Assembly (NCBI GenBank): GCA_016188475.1
Contig: JACPHT010000008.1
Span: 150,192-214,191 of the forward strand
From: Candidatus Uhrbacteria bacterium
Lineage (GTDB): Bacteria > Patescibacteriota > Patescibacteriia > UBA9934 > GWF2-40-263
Direction: 5' to 3'
DNA: 64,000 bases
Shown here one piece after another: positions 21,087-29,422 of this stretch. Below the pieces are notes generated by a model that was not told where the DNA came from, searched no databases, and saw only the letters and a program-made list of their open reading frames with translations. How positions within the stretch are numbered: the first letter of the stretch is position 1; each line of letters opens with the position of its first letter. The position numbers and the translations under genes were made by a program.

Positions 21087-21662
21087 ATGTCTAAAAACAT
21101 CTCTTCAAATTCTGTTCCATCTAGAATCTTCGATGTGCTCTTATCAGAAGCCGATGATCTTCTATTTTTATTTCATCATCCTCATGCAGTGTTACGAACA
21201 GTAGGAAATATTGAATCTGCACGTAACATGCTCGCACGAAAAGAACGAAATCTTCAACGAATTAAAAAAACAGAAATCAACCAGGCCTTGCAACGACTCA
21301 ATTCGCAAAAATTACTGCGGATAAGTAAAAAGGGTAATGAAATTTACTTCTTTTTGACTGAAAATGGCATAAAAGAGGGTTTGAAACGTACAATTCAAAA
21401 GAAGAAACAACGTCTTGCAGGCAAACGACGTTGTTACGTGAGTTTTGATATTCCTGAACAAGCAAGTTCTACACGGTGGGCATTAAGAAAACTTTTGAAA
21501 GATTCACACTTCAAAATGATTCATCTTAGTTTATGGAGTTCTGAATTCGACGTTGGAAAAGAAATGGCGGCGTTGATAAAAATAATGAGAGCCGAAACAT
21601 GGGTACACGTTTTCGAAGCAAGGGCTCTAACTTCCATTAACAAAAAAAGCAAAAACTCGTAA
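21087..21662 (+). CDS. hypothetical protein: an N-terminal winged-HTH-like region plus a C-terminal region with a Cas2/VapD-like sequence pattern
   Basis: C-terminal RRCYVSFDIPEQASSTRWALRKLLKDSHFKMIHLSLWSS resembles the Cas2 beta1-alpha1-beta2 core (YD[IV]...R.LRK.L...G.R.Q.SVFEC). It is flanked on both sides by the 38-bp palindrome. There is no cas1 or CRISPR array nearby. Confidence 0.45.
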   Translation: MSKNISSNSVPSRIFDVLLSEADDLLFLFHHPHAVLRTVGNIESARNMLARKERNLQRIKKTEINQALQRLNSQKLLRISKKGNEIYFFLTENGIKEGLKRTIQKKKQRLAGKRRCYVSFDIPEQASSTRWALRKLLKDSHFKMIHLSLWSSEFDVGKEMAALIKIMRAETWVHVFEARALTSINKKSKNS

Positions 21663-21693
21663 TCACACTTAACTCCCGATCGGGAGTTAAGTG
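21661..21693. repeat. Palindromic element, copy B (AATCACACTTAACTCCCGATCGGGAGTTAAGTG), between convergent gene ends
   Basis: Perfect palindrome seen directly. Confidence 0.7.
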
Positions 21694-21694
21694 T

Positions 21695-22609
21695 TTACAG
21701 TTGTCTCAAAACGTTCTTCAACATACGACATGCTTCTTCTGTGGTTTCGTATTTGATGTGATAAACAATTGCTGGATTTCCAAGCGCAAAATTTGAAATC
21801 ACTGAATCTTTTTTTGAAATAAGCACGATTGGTTTTTCAAACATGTAAGCGAGAACGAGTTCGCCACCAGCTCCCAAAGATGGATTTGAAACATCAGCTA
21901 TGAGCACATCACAATTTTTGATTTTATTTTCAGTCCAATCATAAACCGCGCGAACGTCACGCTCTTCGCGTGGTTTTTTATTTTCAGGATTATCACGAAA
22001 TGGAATTATTGGTTCACAACCTAATTCATCACACACACGACCAAGCGCTTCGTGAACAACTTTATCATCAGCCAAACCATTATTGTTTGTATACGATCCA
22101 GCTATGTAGGCTGATTTTACAGTTGGTTTAAGTGTTTTTGAATACACTCTATCGCGATTAAACTCAACATGTGCGTTTGCTAGTAAATACACATTGCGAA
22201 TTCCATTTTCAATCATCACGTTCCAACATTGCTCGCAACACCACCAATGGCCGTACAAATAAATATCCGATCCTGACGGATCAATTCCCGACTCATTTGC
22301 AACAGCAATTACCATTTGTTCTGCATGTCCTGGAGCGTCGTGTAAATGACACAAATCATATCCTGTTCCACTAGGACACTCCAACACAACTCGAGGACAA
22401 ACATGTCTCGTGCCAGAACCTTTATTAAACCCATTTCCGGCTCGAGTGAAAATTTTTCCGTCTCTAACTAACACTGCTCCAACTGGATACAACCTGTCGC
22501 CTGCACAATCCTCGCGTGCGCGCGCCGCTTCTTGCATGAATGGATCGTCCGCACTGACAAAATAAAAAACTTTTCCATCAGGCAAAAATGGATACTCTAT
22601 TTCTGGCAT
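21695..22609 (-). CDS. Fusion protein: dCMP (cytidine/deoxycytidylate) deaminase domain plus a nucleoside 2-deoxyribosyltransferase-like (Rcl/DNPH1-like) domain
   Basis: Zinc motifs HAEQMVI and PCxxC-type WWCCEQC in the N-terminal half. The C-terminal half has AYIAGSY...SLGAGGELVLAYMFEKPIVLI, matching the NDT-family Rossmann signature. Confidence 0.65.
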   Translation of the reverse strand: MPEIEYPFLPDGKVFYFVSADDPFMQEAARAREDCAGDRLYPVGAVLVRDGKIFTRAGNGFNKGSGTRHVCPRVVLECPSGTGYDLCHLHDAPGHAEQMVIAVANESGIDPSGSDIYLYGHWWCCEQCWNVMIENGIRNVYLLANAHVEFNRDRVYSKTLKPTVKSAYIAGSYTNNNGLADDKVVHEALGRVCDELGCEPIIPFRDNPENKKPREERDVRAVYDWTENKIKNCDVLIADVSNPSLGAGGELVLAYMFEKPIVLISKKDSVISNFALGNPAIVYHIKYETTEEACRMLKNVLRQL

Positions 22610-23117
22610 AAAAAATGTAGCAAAACTGCTTGATCACCAAGTTGAGTAACTTCATCCAATTTCAAATTTATTCTTCCAAATCCTGACGCAAGTGGCACGC
22701 CATCGCCAAACAAAACCGGCTCAACTGTAAGATAAATTTCGGTAACAAGCTTCTCTTTCAGAAACTGACTGTAAATTGACGACCCACCTGCGATCACAAC
22801 ATTTTCAACACCTTCTTTTTGCAAACGTTCAAGTAGTTTGCACGGTTGTTCGCTCGTAAATTCAACCTTCCCGCTTTCTTCCTTTGTCTCCAGCTGTCTT
22901 CCATTGTCCTCCCTTGTCATCACTATCGTCTTCCTCCCCTTCAACGGCTTTCCAATTGTCTCAAAAGTCTTTCGACCCATAATCAAAACTCCTATCTCTT
23001 TTGTTTTTTCAATAAAAAAACGCAAATCTTCTTTCGATGTCCAATCAAGTGACGTCTGACATTCATGCTCTGCTATTTTTCCGTTTGCAGAAATCGCGGC
23101 AAGTAAAATAATTTTCA
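22597..23117 (-). CDS. dihydrofolate reductase-like (RibD C-terminal/DHFR family)
   Basis: MKIILLAAISANGKI...IAGGSSIYSQFL...VTEIYLTVEPVLFGDG. Confidence 0.65.
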
Positions 23118-23161
23118 TAAAGATATTCTTCGTCGCTTCGCTCCTCAGAATGACGAAAAGA

Positions 23162-23996
23162 CTAATAAACATTCACCGTGATCTCCATTCCACTAATCGA
23201 CTCAAGTGGTTGATACTGTGATTTAAGCGAGGTAAAAATTTCGTTCACAAGTTCTAAATCTCCGTTCATGGCGCGCTCGTAACTTCCAACAGGAACTCTC
23301 AAAGAAACAGGTCCATGATCATTCGTGCGGGAAATAAGTTCGCGTGCCGCAGTGAAATGATTGTCGTAAATATGCGCGTTACTGATCGAATGCGTGTAAA
23401 TTCCTGGTTGAACTTCAAGCCTGTCCGCCAAAATACATTGCAAAAGCGCAAATCCAGCCGCGTCATGAGGACATCCAAGCATCATGTCATTGCTTCTGAT
23501 AATATTGTGCAAATGCAATTTTCCACCAGCGATGTTTACAGTAAATGTATATGGACATGGGAGATTTTTCTTTGAATCAACACCGAGTCCGTCATCAGCC
23601 GGATCCCATGTGATCACAACCGCATGTCGAGAATGCGGATTTTGTGTGAGATGATTTACAAGACAATCAATTTGATCGCGTCCGAAATGATGACGCCAAC
23701 GATGGCCATACGCGGCTTTTACTGTTCCGTCTTCTTCCAAAAAATCATCCCAAATTTTTGTAAACTGTTGAAGCCAAGTTGGATTGTTCTGTCCCATCAA
23801 ATACCAAATTTGTTCAGCAATAAAAATCTTAAGAGGAATCTTTCGCAAAGTGAGAAGCGGAAAACTTTCCTGAACATCAACGCGCAACGTGACTCCAGGC
23901 AACATTCTCGTTATGCGGCCAGACCATGGATTTGGAATTTCATATCCATTTTCCATGATGTCGGAAATTGCGCTTTTGTATTGAACATCAAATGGG
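23162..23996 (-). CDS. thyA: thymidylate synthase ThyA family
   Basis: Catalytic-Cys region LPCPYTFTVNIAGGKLHLHNIIRSNDMMLGCPHDAAGFALL. The track's N-terminal extension (FPHFRPFGPF) is encoded by a 9-bp repeat copy and is probably 5' UTR. Confidence 0.8.
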
Positions 23997-24006
23997 GTCA
24001 TATTGT

Positions 24007-24038
24007 GGAAAGGTCTGAAAGGACCAAAAGGTCGAAAA
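24007..24038. repeat. 9-bp repeat-family copy (GGAAAGGTCTGAAAGGACCAAAAGGTCGAAAA) in the thyA 5' region
   Basis: Seen directly. Confidence 0.5.
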
Positions 24039-24126
24039 TGTGGAAACAATTTAATTTGACCCCCATAATGTACCAGACATGAGACCAGTTTCCAACATCC
24101 TATCTTTCGGATAAAATGCCTACATT

Positions 24127-24561
24127 ATGATTTTACCTGTGGAAATCTTCAAATGCCATCCTGACGCTGTTATTCCGGTCTATTATTCAACTGGCGCTTG
24201 CGCTTTTGATTTGTCCACAATCGAAGACGTTATTATCCAACCTGGCGAAATAGTACGCTTACGCACAGGCCTTGTAATATGTGTCCCTGAAAATTATGTA
24301 ATGATTGTTGTCGCACGATCGTCATTGCCAAAAAAATACGGTCTGTGTTTTCCACAAGGCATAGGAATAGTTGACAATGACTATTGCGGACCAACGGATG
24401 AAGCTCAACTGCAGTTACTTAATTTTACAGATCAACCAGTGGAAATTAGAAAAGGTGATAGACTCGCGCAAGCAATGCTTGTCCCGTTTGCTAAAGCTGA
24501 ATTTAAGGAAGTTATAAAACTGACAAATCCAAACCGCGGAGGCTTTGGTTCAACAGGTTAA
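24127..24561 (+). CDS. dut: dUTP diphosphatase
   Basis: Motifs ARSSLPKKYG, GIVDNDYCG, GDRLAQAMLVP, RGGFGSTG. Confidence 0.85.
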   Translation: MILPVEIFKCHPDAVIPVYYSTGACAFDLSTIEDVIIQPGEIVRLRTGLVICVPENYVMIVVARSSLPKKYGLCFPQGIGIVDNDYCGPTDEAQLQLLNFTDQPVEIRKGDRLAQAMLVPFAKAEFKEVIKLTNPNRGGFGSTG

Positions 24562-24576
24562 TCTGCTATAATTATT

Positions 24577-25290
24577 ATGACATTAGGACGATTCATTATG
24601 ATTGACGGAATCGCCGGCAGTGGCAAATCCACTGTTTTGCGTGCTGTCCAAACTTGGGCAGAATCTTGTCATCACAAAATCTTTCGTCTTTCACAATGGG
24701 AAGATGTTGAACCACCAAAGTTTGAACAAATCTCAAACTACGATGTTTATTTCACATACGAGCCAACACGCACTTGGATTGGTCGCGCGATAAGATACGA
24801 ACTTTCAAGAGAAGATAAGCCATACGATGGCGAGACGCTGGCACACGCATTCGCGCTTGATCGACAAATAATGTACAGGCGTTTAATAATACCTGCGATA
24901 AAAGCTGGAAAAACAATCATTCAAGATCGCGGAGTTTCAACTTCGCTTGTGTATCAGCCAATCATGCAAAACAGTTTGCCTCTTGAAACTGTAAAAAATC
25001 TCCCAGGAAACAAACTTTCTTTGGAATACGCGCCTAACGCTCTGATTCTAACAAAACTTTCTGCTGAAACAGCGGCTGAACGAATTGCGAAGCGAGACGA
25101 CGATTCAAAAGGTGTTTTTGGACAATTAGAATTTCTCAAAATACTAGAACAAAGATTTGAAGAACGGTGGCTAAAAGAATTGTTTGAATCACATGGAACT
25201 CACATATATTCACTTGACATGTCGGGAACCATTGAAGAAACTTCAGATCGGGCACAAAAACTCATTACAATAATTCTCTCTACATGTTAA
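24577..25290 (+). CDS. tmk: thymidylate (dNMP) kinase-like P-loop kinase
   Basis: IDGIAGSGKST P-loop; FTYEPT and DRGVSTSLVYQ resemble the Tmk motifs. Confidence 0.65.
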   Translation: MTLGRFIMIDGIAGSGKSTVLRAVQTWAESCHHKIFRLSQWEDVEPPKFEQISNYDVYFTYEPTRTWIGRAIRYELSREDKPYDGETLAHAFALDRQIMYRRLIIPAIKAGKTIIQDRGVSTSLVYQPIMQNSLPLETVKNLPGNKLSLEYAPNALILTKLSAETAAERIAKRDDDSKGVFGQLEFLKILEQRFEERWLKELFESHGTHIYSLDMSGTIEETSDRAQKLITIILSTC

Positions 25291-25324
25291 TTAAAAGCTC
25301 TGCTACTTTTCTACTTCATTCTCT

Positions 25325-26206
25325 ATGCCAAAACTTATTTCGATCGGAAGAATTATTGATGAATCTTGGGAGTTATATCGCGCACGTTTCAGTGAATTCA
25401 TGAGCGTTGCAAGCTGGCTTCTTTTGCTTGCCATTCTTTATATTATTTCGCTTGCACTCTACCCTTCCGCAAGCACACTTTGGTTTTCAAACGATCTGTC
25501 AACTTCAGAAAACATCGGCATACTTCTTTTTGCATTTACAAATTACGTTGTTGCTCCTTTGCTCGGGCTTTGGGTTCTCATTGCTCTTTCAAGGCTTACA
25601 CAAGGATATTTGCAAGGAAAAAATGTGGGTATCAAACTGGCCCATGAAGAAACAAAACCTCTGTTCTTCCCCACTCTTGTTGTATCGTTAATGGTTGCTT
25701 TTCTTTTGGTAGTTGCAATGCTCATAGGTTTTGGTCCTCCGATAATTTTAGCCTCGCTTGGCGCATTGTTTAATAATGTCACTCTGATTGGAATTGGCGA
25801 CATGTTGCTCGTTATAGGAATTTTTGTCGCGCTCATTCTCTCTTTCAAATGGATGATCGAATACTATTTTTCTCCAATAGCAACAGTTTTAGATGGAATA
25901 CAAGGAAAAAAAGCTCTAATCCAAAGCCGCAAACTTATTCAGGGTCGTTTCTGGAGAACATTTCTACGATTGGTCGTTCCAAAACTTGTTTTCATTATAT
26001 TCGGAGTATTTATTATGTTTATTGTTGCGACTGTGACAGAAGTATTGCTTGGTGTCGCAAGCGGCCTTAGTCTTGATCTGCATCTACGAATTAAAACACT
26101 TGTGGAATCAATATTTCCTATTTTGATCGCTGTGCTTATAAACCCACTGATTATAAACGCGGATATTCTTCTTTATCGAGCGCTAAAAGGTGAAGATGTG
26201 TTATGA
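25325..26206 (+). CDS. polytopic membrane protein (DUF975 / GP-PDE-membrane-domain-like)
   Basis: Multi-TM; paralogous to the next ORF (GRFWRTFLRLV vs GKFWKVFLLVF); 4-nt overlap with the next gene. Confidence 0.45.
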   Translation: MPKLISIGRIIDESWELYRARFSEFMSVASWLLLLAILYIISLALYPSASTLWFSNDLSTSENIGILLFAFTNYVVAPLLGLWVLIALSRLTQGYLQGKNVGIKLAHEETKPLFFPTLVVSLMVAFLLVVAMLIGFGPPIILASLGALFNNVTLIGIGDMLLVIGIFVALILSFKWMIEYYFSPIATVLDGIQGKKALIQSRKLIQGRFWRTFLRLVVPKLVFIIFGVFIMFIVATVTEVLLGVASGLSLDLHLRIKTLVESIFPILIAVLINPLIINADILLYRALKGEDVL

Positions 26207-26952
26207 GTTCGCCGTTTGAAATAATCGCAAAAAGCGTCCGTTTATATAAAACGAACGCTTATACATTTCTAGGATATTCATCTTGGATGTTGTTAACTTT
26301 CGCGGCTTTTGTTTTACTTGGTTTTTTCCCACTTACTCCATTTGTAAAATTTTTAGCATTTGTCCTTTCCATTTTTGAAATTCTTGTTTCTCTTTGGGTT
26401 TTTATTTCGCTAGTGTTGTGTTCAAAGGCAATCCTATCAAACCAAACAAATGAAATAAAAAAAATCGGACAAACAGCAAAGTCACTGATACAACCAGTTT
26501 TAACTGTCGCGCTTTTACAAATACTTATGTTAATTGGTGGAGTGTTGTTGATTATAGTTCCTTCGTTTATCTTCATGGTGTGGTTTTGTTTCGCGCAATT
26601 AAATGTCATATTCGATGGAAAGCGAGGAATTGACGCTCTTCAAACAAGCAGAGAGCTTGTCAAAGGTAAATTCTGGAAAGTTTTTCTATTGGTTTTCGGA
26701 GGAACTTTCATTTTATTTTTTATTTATTCTGTAATCCTGTCTATATTAATGGGTGTGATAGCTGCTGCTCAAGGGGTCGACATTATAGATTTGCTAAATG
26801 GAACATTGCCGCTTTGGATTCAAGTGCTAGAAGCAATTGGAGAGGTTCTCCTACTGCCGTTGATTGTTATATATTTGACATCTGTGTATTTGGAGGTAAG
26901 AAATGAAAAAGTCATTGAGTCAAAATCACATAGTCGCGGAGAAAGCAATTAA
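26203..26952 (+). CDS. polytopic membrane protein, paralog of the preceding gene
   Basis: As above. Confidence 0.45.
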   Translation: MSSPFEIIAKSVRLYKTNAYTFLGYSSWMLLTFAAFVLLGFFPLTPFVKFLAFVLSIFEILVSLWVFISLVLCSKAILSNQTNEIKKIGQTAKSLIQPVLTVALLQILMLIGGVLLIIVPSFIFMVWFCFAQLNVIFDGKRGIDALQTSRELVKGKFWKVFLLVFGGTFILFFIYSVILSILMGVIAAAQGVDIIDLLNGTLPLWIQVLEAIGEVLLLPLIVIYLTSVYLEVRNEKVIESKSHSRGESN

Positions 26953-26993
26953 TAACTCAAAGACTTTAAATTTCGACTCCAAGACTTTCCACT

Positions 26994-28502
26994 ATGCCAA
27001 TCTACGAACCAATCATTGGTCTTGAAATTCACATCCAGCTCAAAACAAAAACAAAAATGTTTTGTGGATGTTCAGCACACGAAACAGACGTTCAACCAAA
27101 CACAAACGTCTGCCCAATTTGTCTTGGACAGCCAGGGGCGCTTCCTGTCCCAAACGAACAAGCGATTCGTTTTGGAATTCTCATGGGTCTTGCTTTGAAC
27201 TGCACGATTGCTGAGCGATCAAAATTTGATAGAAAAAATTATTTTTATCCTGATCTTCCAAAAGCATATCAGATTTCACAATTCGATTTTCCAATTGCTA
27301 AAAACGGATTTTTGGATATTGAAATTCCAAACAGTGAACGAAAACAAGCACACATCGGAATTACACGCGCTCACTTGGAAGAAGACGCCGCAAAGTCGTT
27401 TCATACAGAAAACGGAAAAACATGTGTTGACTTTAATCGCGGAGGAACGCCTTTGGTAGAAATTGTAACAGAGCCTGATTTTCGTTCACCACAAGAAGCA
27501 AAAATTTTTCTTCAAGAGCTTCGTTTAATAGCACGTTATCTTGGCGTGTCTGATGCTGATATGGAAAAGGGACATTTGCGCTGTGACGCGAACGTTTCGC
27601 TTCGCAAACTCAATAAAGACGGAACTGTAGATGGCGCAATGTTCAATCCAAAAACAGAAATCAAAAACATGAACTCGTTTCGCCATGTTGAACGTGCGCT
27701 TGAATATGAAATAGAACGCCAAACTCAATTATGGGAAGAAGAAAATCCGCCAAAAATTTCAACAACACGTGGGTGGAATGACGGAAAACAAATCACAGAA
27801 GAACAACGATCAAAAGAAGACGCGGCAGATTATCGATATTTTCCAGAACCTGACATTCCATCTCTTGAGCTTAAGGAAATCGCAGAAGAAATGCGAAAAG
27901 AGTTACCTGAACTTCCGTCCGCGCGACGCGTTCGCGTGCAAGAAGAATATGGTTTGAAATTGTCTGACGCTCGACAAATCTGCGATGATCCGGCTCTTGC
28001 AGACTTTACAGAACGGACGTTTTCAGAATTGCTTGAGTGGGTTGGAAACACTTCAGAAGTTGAAGGGTTGAAAGGTTTAGCGCGTCTTGTTTCTGGTTGG
28101 CTTTTGTCAAAACTCACAGGGCTTATGTCTGAACGAGGTATTGATATCAGGACGATAAAAATTACACCGGAAAATTTTGCGGAATTTATAACTTTGATCG
28201 CAACAAAAAAACTCAACAACACAACAGGACTAAAAGTCCTAAACTCAATGCTTGATGATGGAAATGATCCGACTCACATAATGGAGGATCAAAGGCTTGG
28301 TCAAATGGATGATGAAGGAGAATTAGCAGAAATTGTTGATCGGGTTCTATCCGCACATCCAGTTGAGGTTGTGAGATACCAAGCTGGCGAGGAACAACTG
28401 CTAACATTTTTGATTGGAATGGTTATGAAAGAAACGGAAGGGGCAGCCGAACCAGGACTCACTCGCAACATGTTGCTGGTTAAGCTAAAAAATCTGAAAT
28501 AA
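26994..28502 (+). CDS. gatB: Asp/Glu-tRNA amidotransferase subunit B
   Basis: MPIYEPIIGLEIHIQLKTKTKMFCGCS... Confidence 0.9.
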   Translation: MPIYEPIIGLEIHIQLKTKTKMFCGCSAHETDVQPNTNVCPICLGQPGALPVPNEQAIRFGILMGLALNCTIAERSKFDRKNYFYPDLPKAYQISQFDFPIAKNGFLDIEIPNSERKQAHIGITRAHLEEDAAKSFHTENGKTCVDFNRGGTPLVEIVTEPDFRSPQEAKIFLQELRLIARYLGVSDADMEKGHLRCDANVSLRKLNKDGTVDGAMFNPKTEIKNMNSFRHVERALEYEIERQTQLWEEENPPKISTTRGWNDGKQITEEQRSKEDAADYRYFPEPDIPSLELKEIAEEMRKELPELPSARRVRVQEEYGLKLSDARQICDDPALADFTERTFSELLEWVGNTSEVEGLKGLARLVSGWLLSKLTGLMSERGIDIRTIKITPENFAEFITLIATKKLNNTTGLKVLNSMLDDGNDPTHIMEDQRLGQMDDEGELAEIVDRVLSAHPVEVVRYQAGEEQLLTFLIGMVMKETEGAAEPGLTRNMLLVKLKNLK

Positions 28503-29418
28503 ATTGAAACGCTTCATCAGAACTCGAAATCCACTTAATTCTCGGGTCGCGTTTAAACCAAGTCATCTGGCGCTTCGCATAGTGTCTGGTGGCTTTTTTG
28601 GTTTCTTCGATCGCTTCATCAAGTGCAGTCTCGCCTTTGAGAAATGAACAAATCTGCCGATATCCAATTCCTGACATTGAATAAATTTCACATCCGTATT
28701 TGTCATTAAGTGAACGAACCTCATCCACAAGTCCGTTTTCGACCATTTCATCTACGCGCAAATCAATCCGCGCATTCAACTCTTGTCTGTCAACAAGAAG
28801 TCCGATTTGCAAAACATCATATCTTGGATTTCCTTTTGTTTGTTTTTCAAAAAACGTCTTGCCAGACAATTTCGTAACCTCAAGCGCGCGCACGATTCGA
28901 CGTTTGTTGTCTTTATCAATAACTTCAGCGCCTTTTGGATCGAGTTGCTTATACTCGGCGAACAAATCATCAAGCGAACGCGATTCCAATTCAACGCGAA
29001 GTTTGAAATCTGCCGGAATGTTTGTTAAATCAAAATTATCGATCAAAGATGAAACCCAAAGCCCTGTTCCACCAACAAGTATTGGAATACGTTTCCGTTG
29101 AATTATCTCGTCAATTTTCTGTTCAGAATATTTTTTGAAATCTGCAACTGAATAATCTTCATCAGGATCAACAAGATCAATCCCCCAATGTAGAATTCCA
29201 TCAACTGTCTTTTCCTCTCGGTCATATCCGACCTTTCCGACCTTTCGTTCCTTTCCGACCTTTGCCGTTCCAATATCCATTCCTCGATACACCTGCCGTG
29301 AATCTACACTTACCACTTCCCCGCTGAACTTTTTTGCAATTTCAATTCCAAGTCCGGTTTTTCCTGACGCTGTTTGCCCGACGATTGCGATAAGTTTAGG
29401 TAGCATACTTGTTGACAT
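28480..29418 (-). CDS. miaA: tRNA dimethylallyltransferase
   Basis: LIAIVGQTASGKT...VSVDSRQVYRGMDIGTAK; contains an in-frame 9-bp repeat insertion (KERKVGKVGYDRE). Confidence 0.9.
   Translation of the reverse strand: MSTSMLPKLIAIVGQTASGKTGLGIEIAKKFSGEVVSVDSRQVYRGMDIGTAKVGKERKVGKVGYDREEKTVDGILHWGIDLVDPDEDYSVADFKKYSEQKIDEIIQRKRIPILVGGTGLWVSSLIDNFDLTNIPADFKLRVELESRSLDDLFAEYKQLDPKGAEVIDKDNKRRIVRALEVTKLSGKTFFEKQTKGNPRYDVLQIGLLVDRQELNARIDLRVDEMVENGLVDEVRSLNDKYGCEIYSMSGIGYRQICSFLKGETALDEAIEETKKATRHYAKRQMTWFKRDPRIKWISSSDEAFQFISDFLA
29228..29266. repeat. (CCGACCTTT)n tandem 9-mer repeat, in frame inside miaA
   Basis: Seen directly. Confidence 0.6.
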
Positions 29419-29422
29419 TTTT

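Noticed and set aside
21087-21662. Cas2 as part of a CRISPR-Cas adaptation module
   Set aside because: No cas1, no other cas genes, and no repeat-spacer array anywhere in the window. Kept only as a Cas2/VapD-like fold hypothesis.
23996-24049. N-terminal extension of ThyA (MFPHFRPFGPFRPFHN) as real protein
   Set aside because: It is encoded by a copy of the 9-bp repeat and starts at TTG. The conserved ThyA N-terminus begins at the internal Met.
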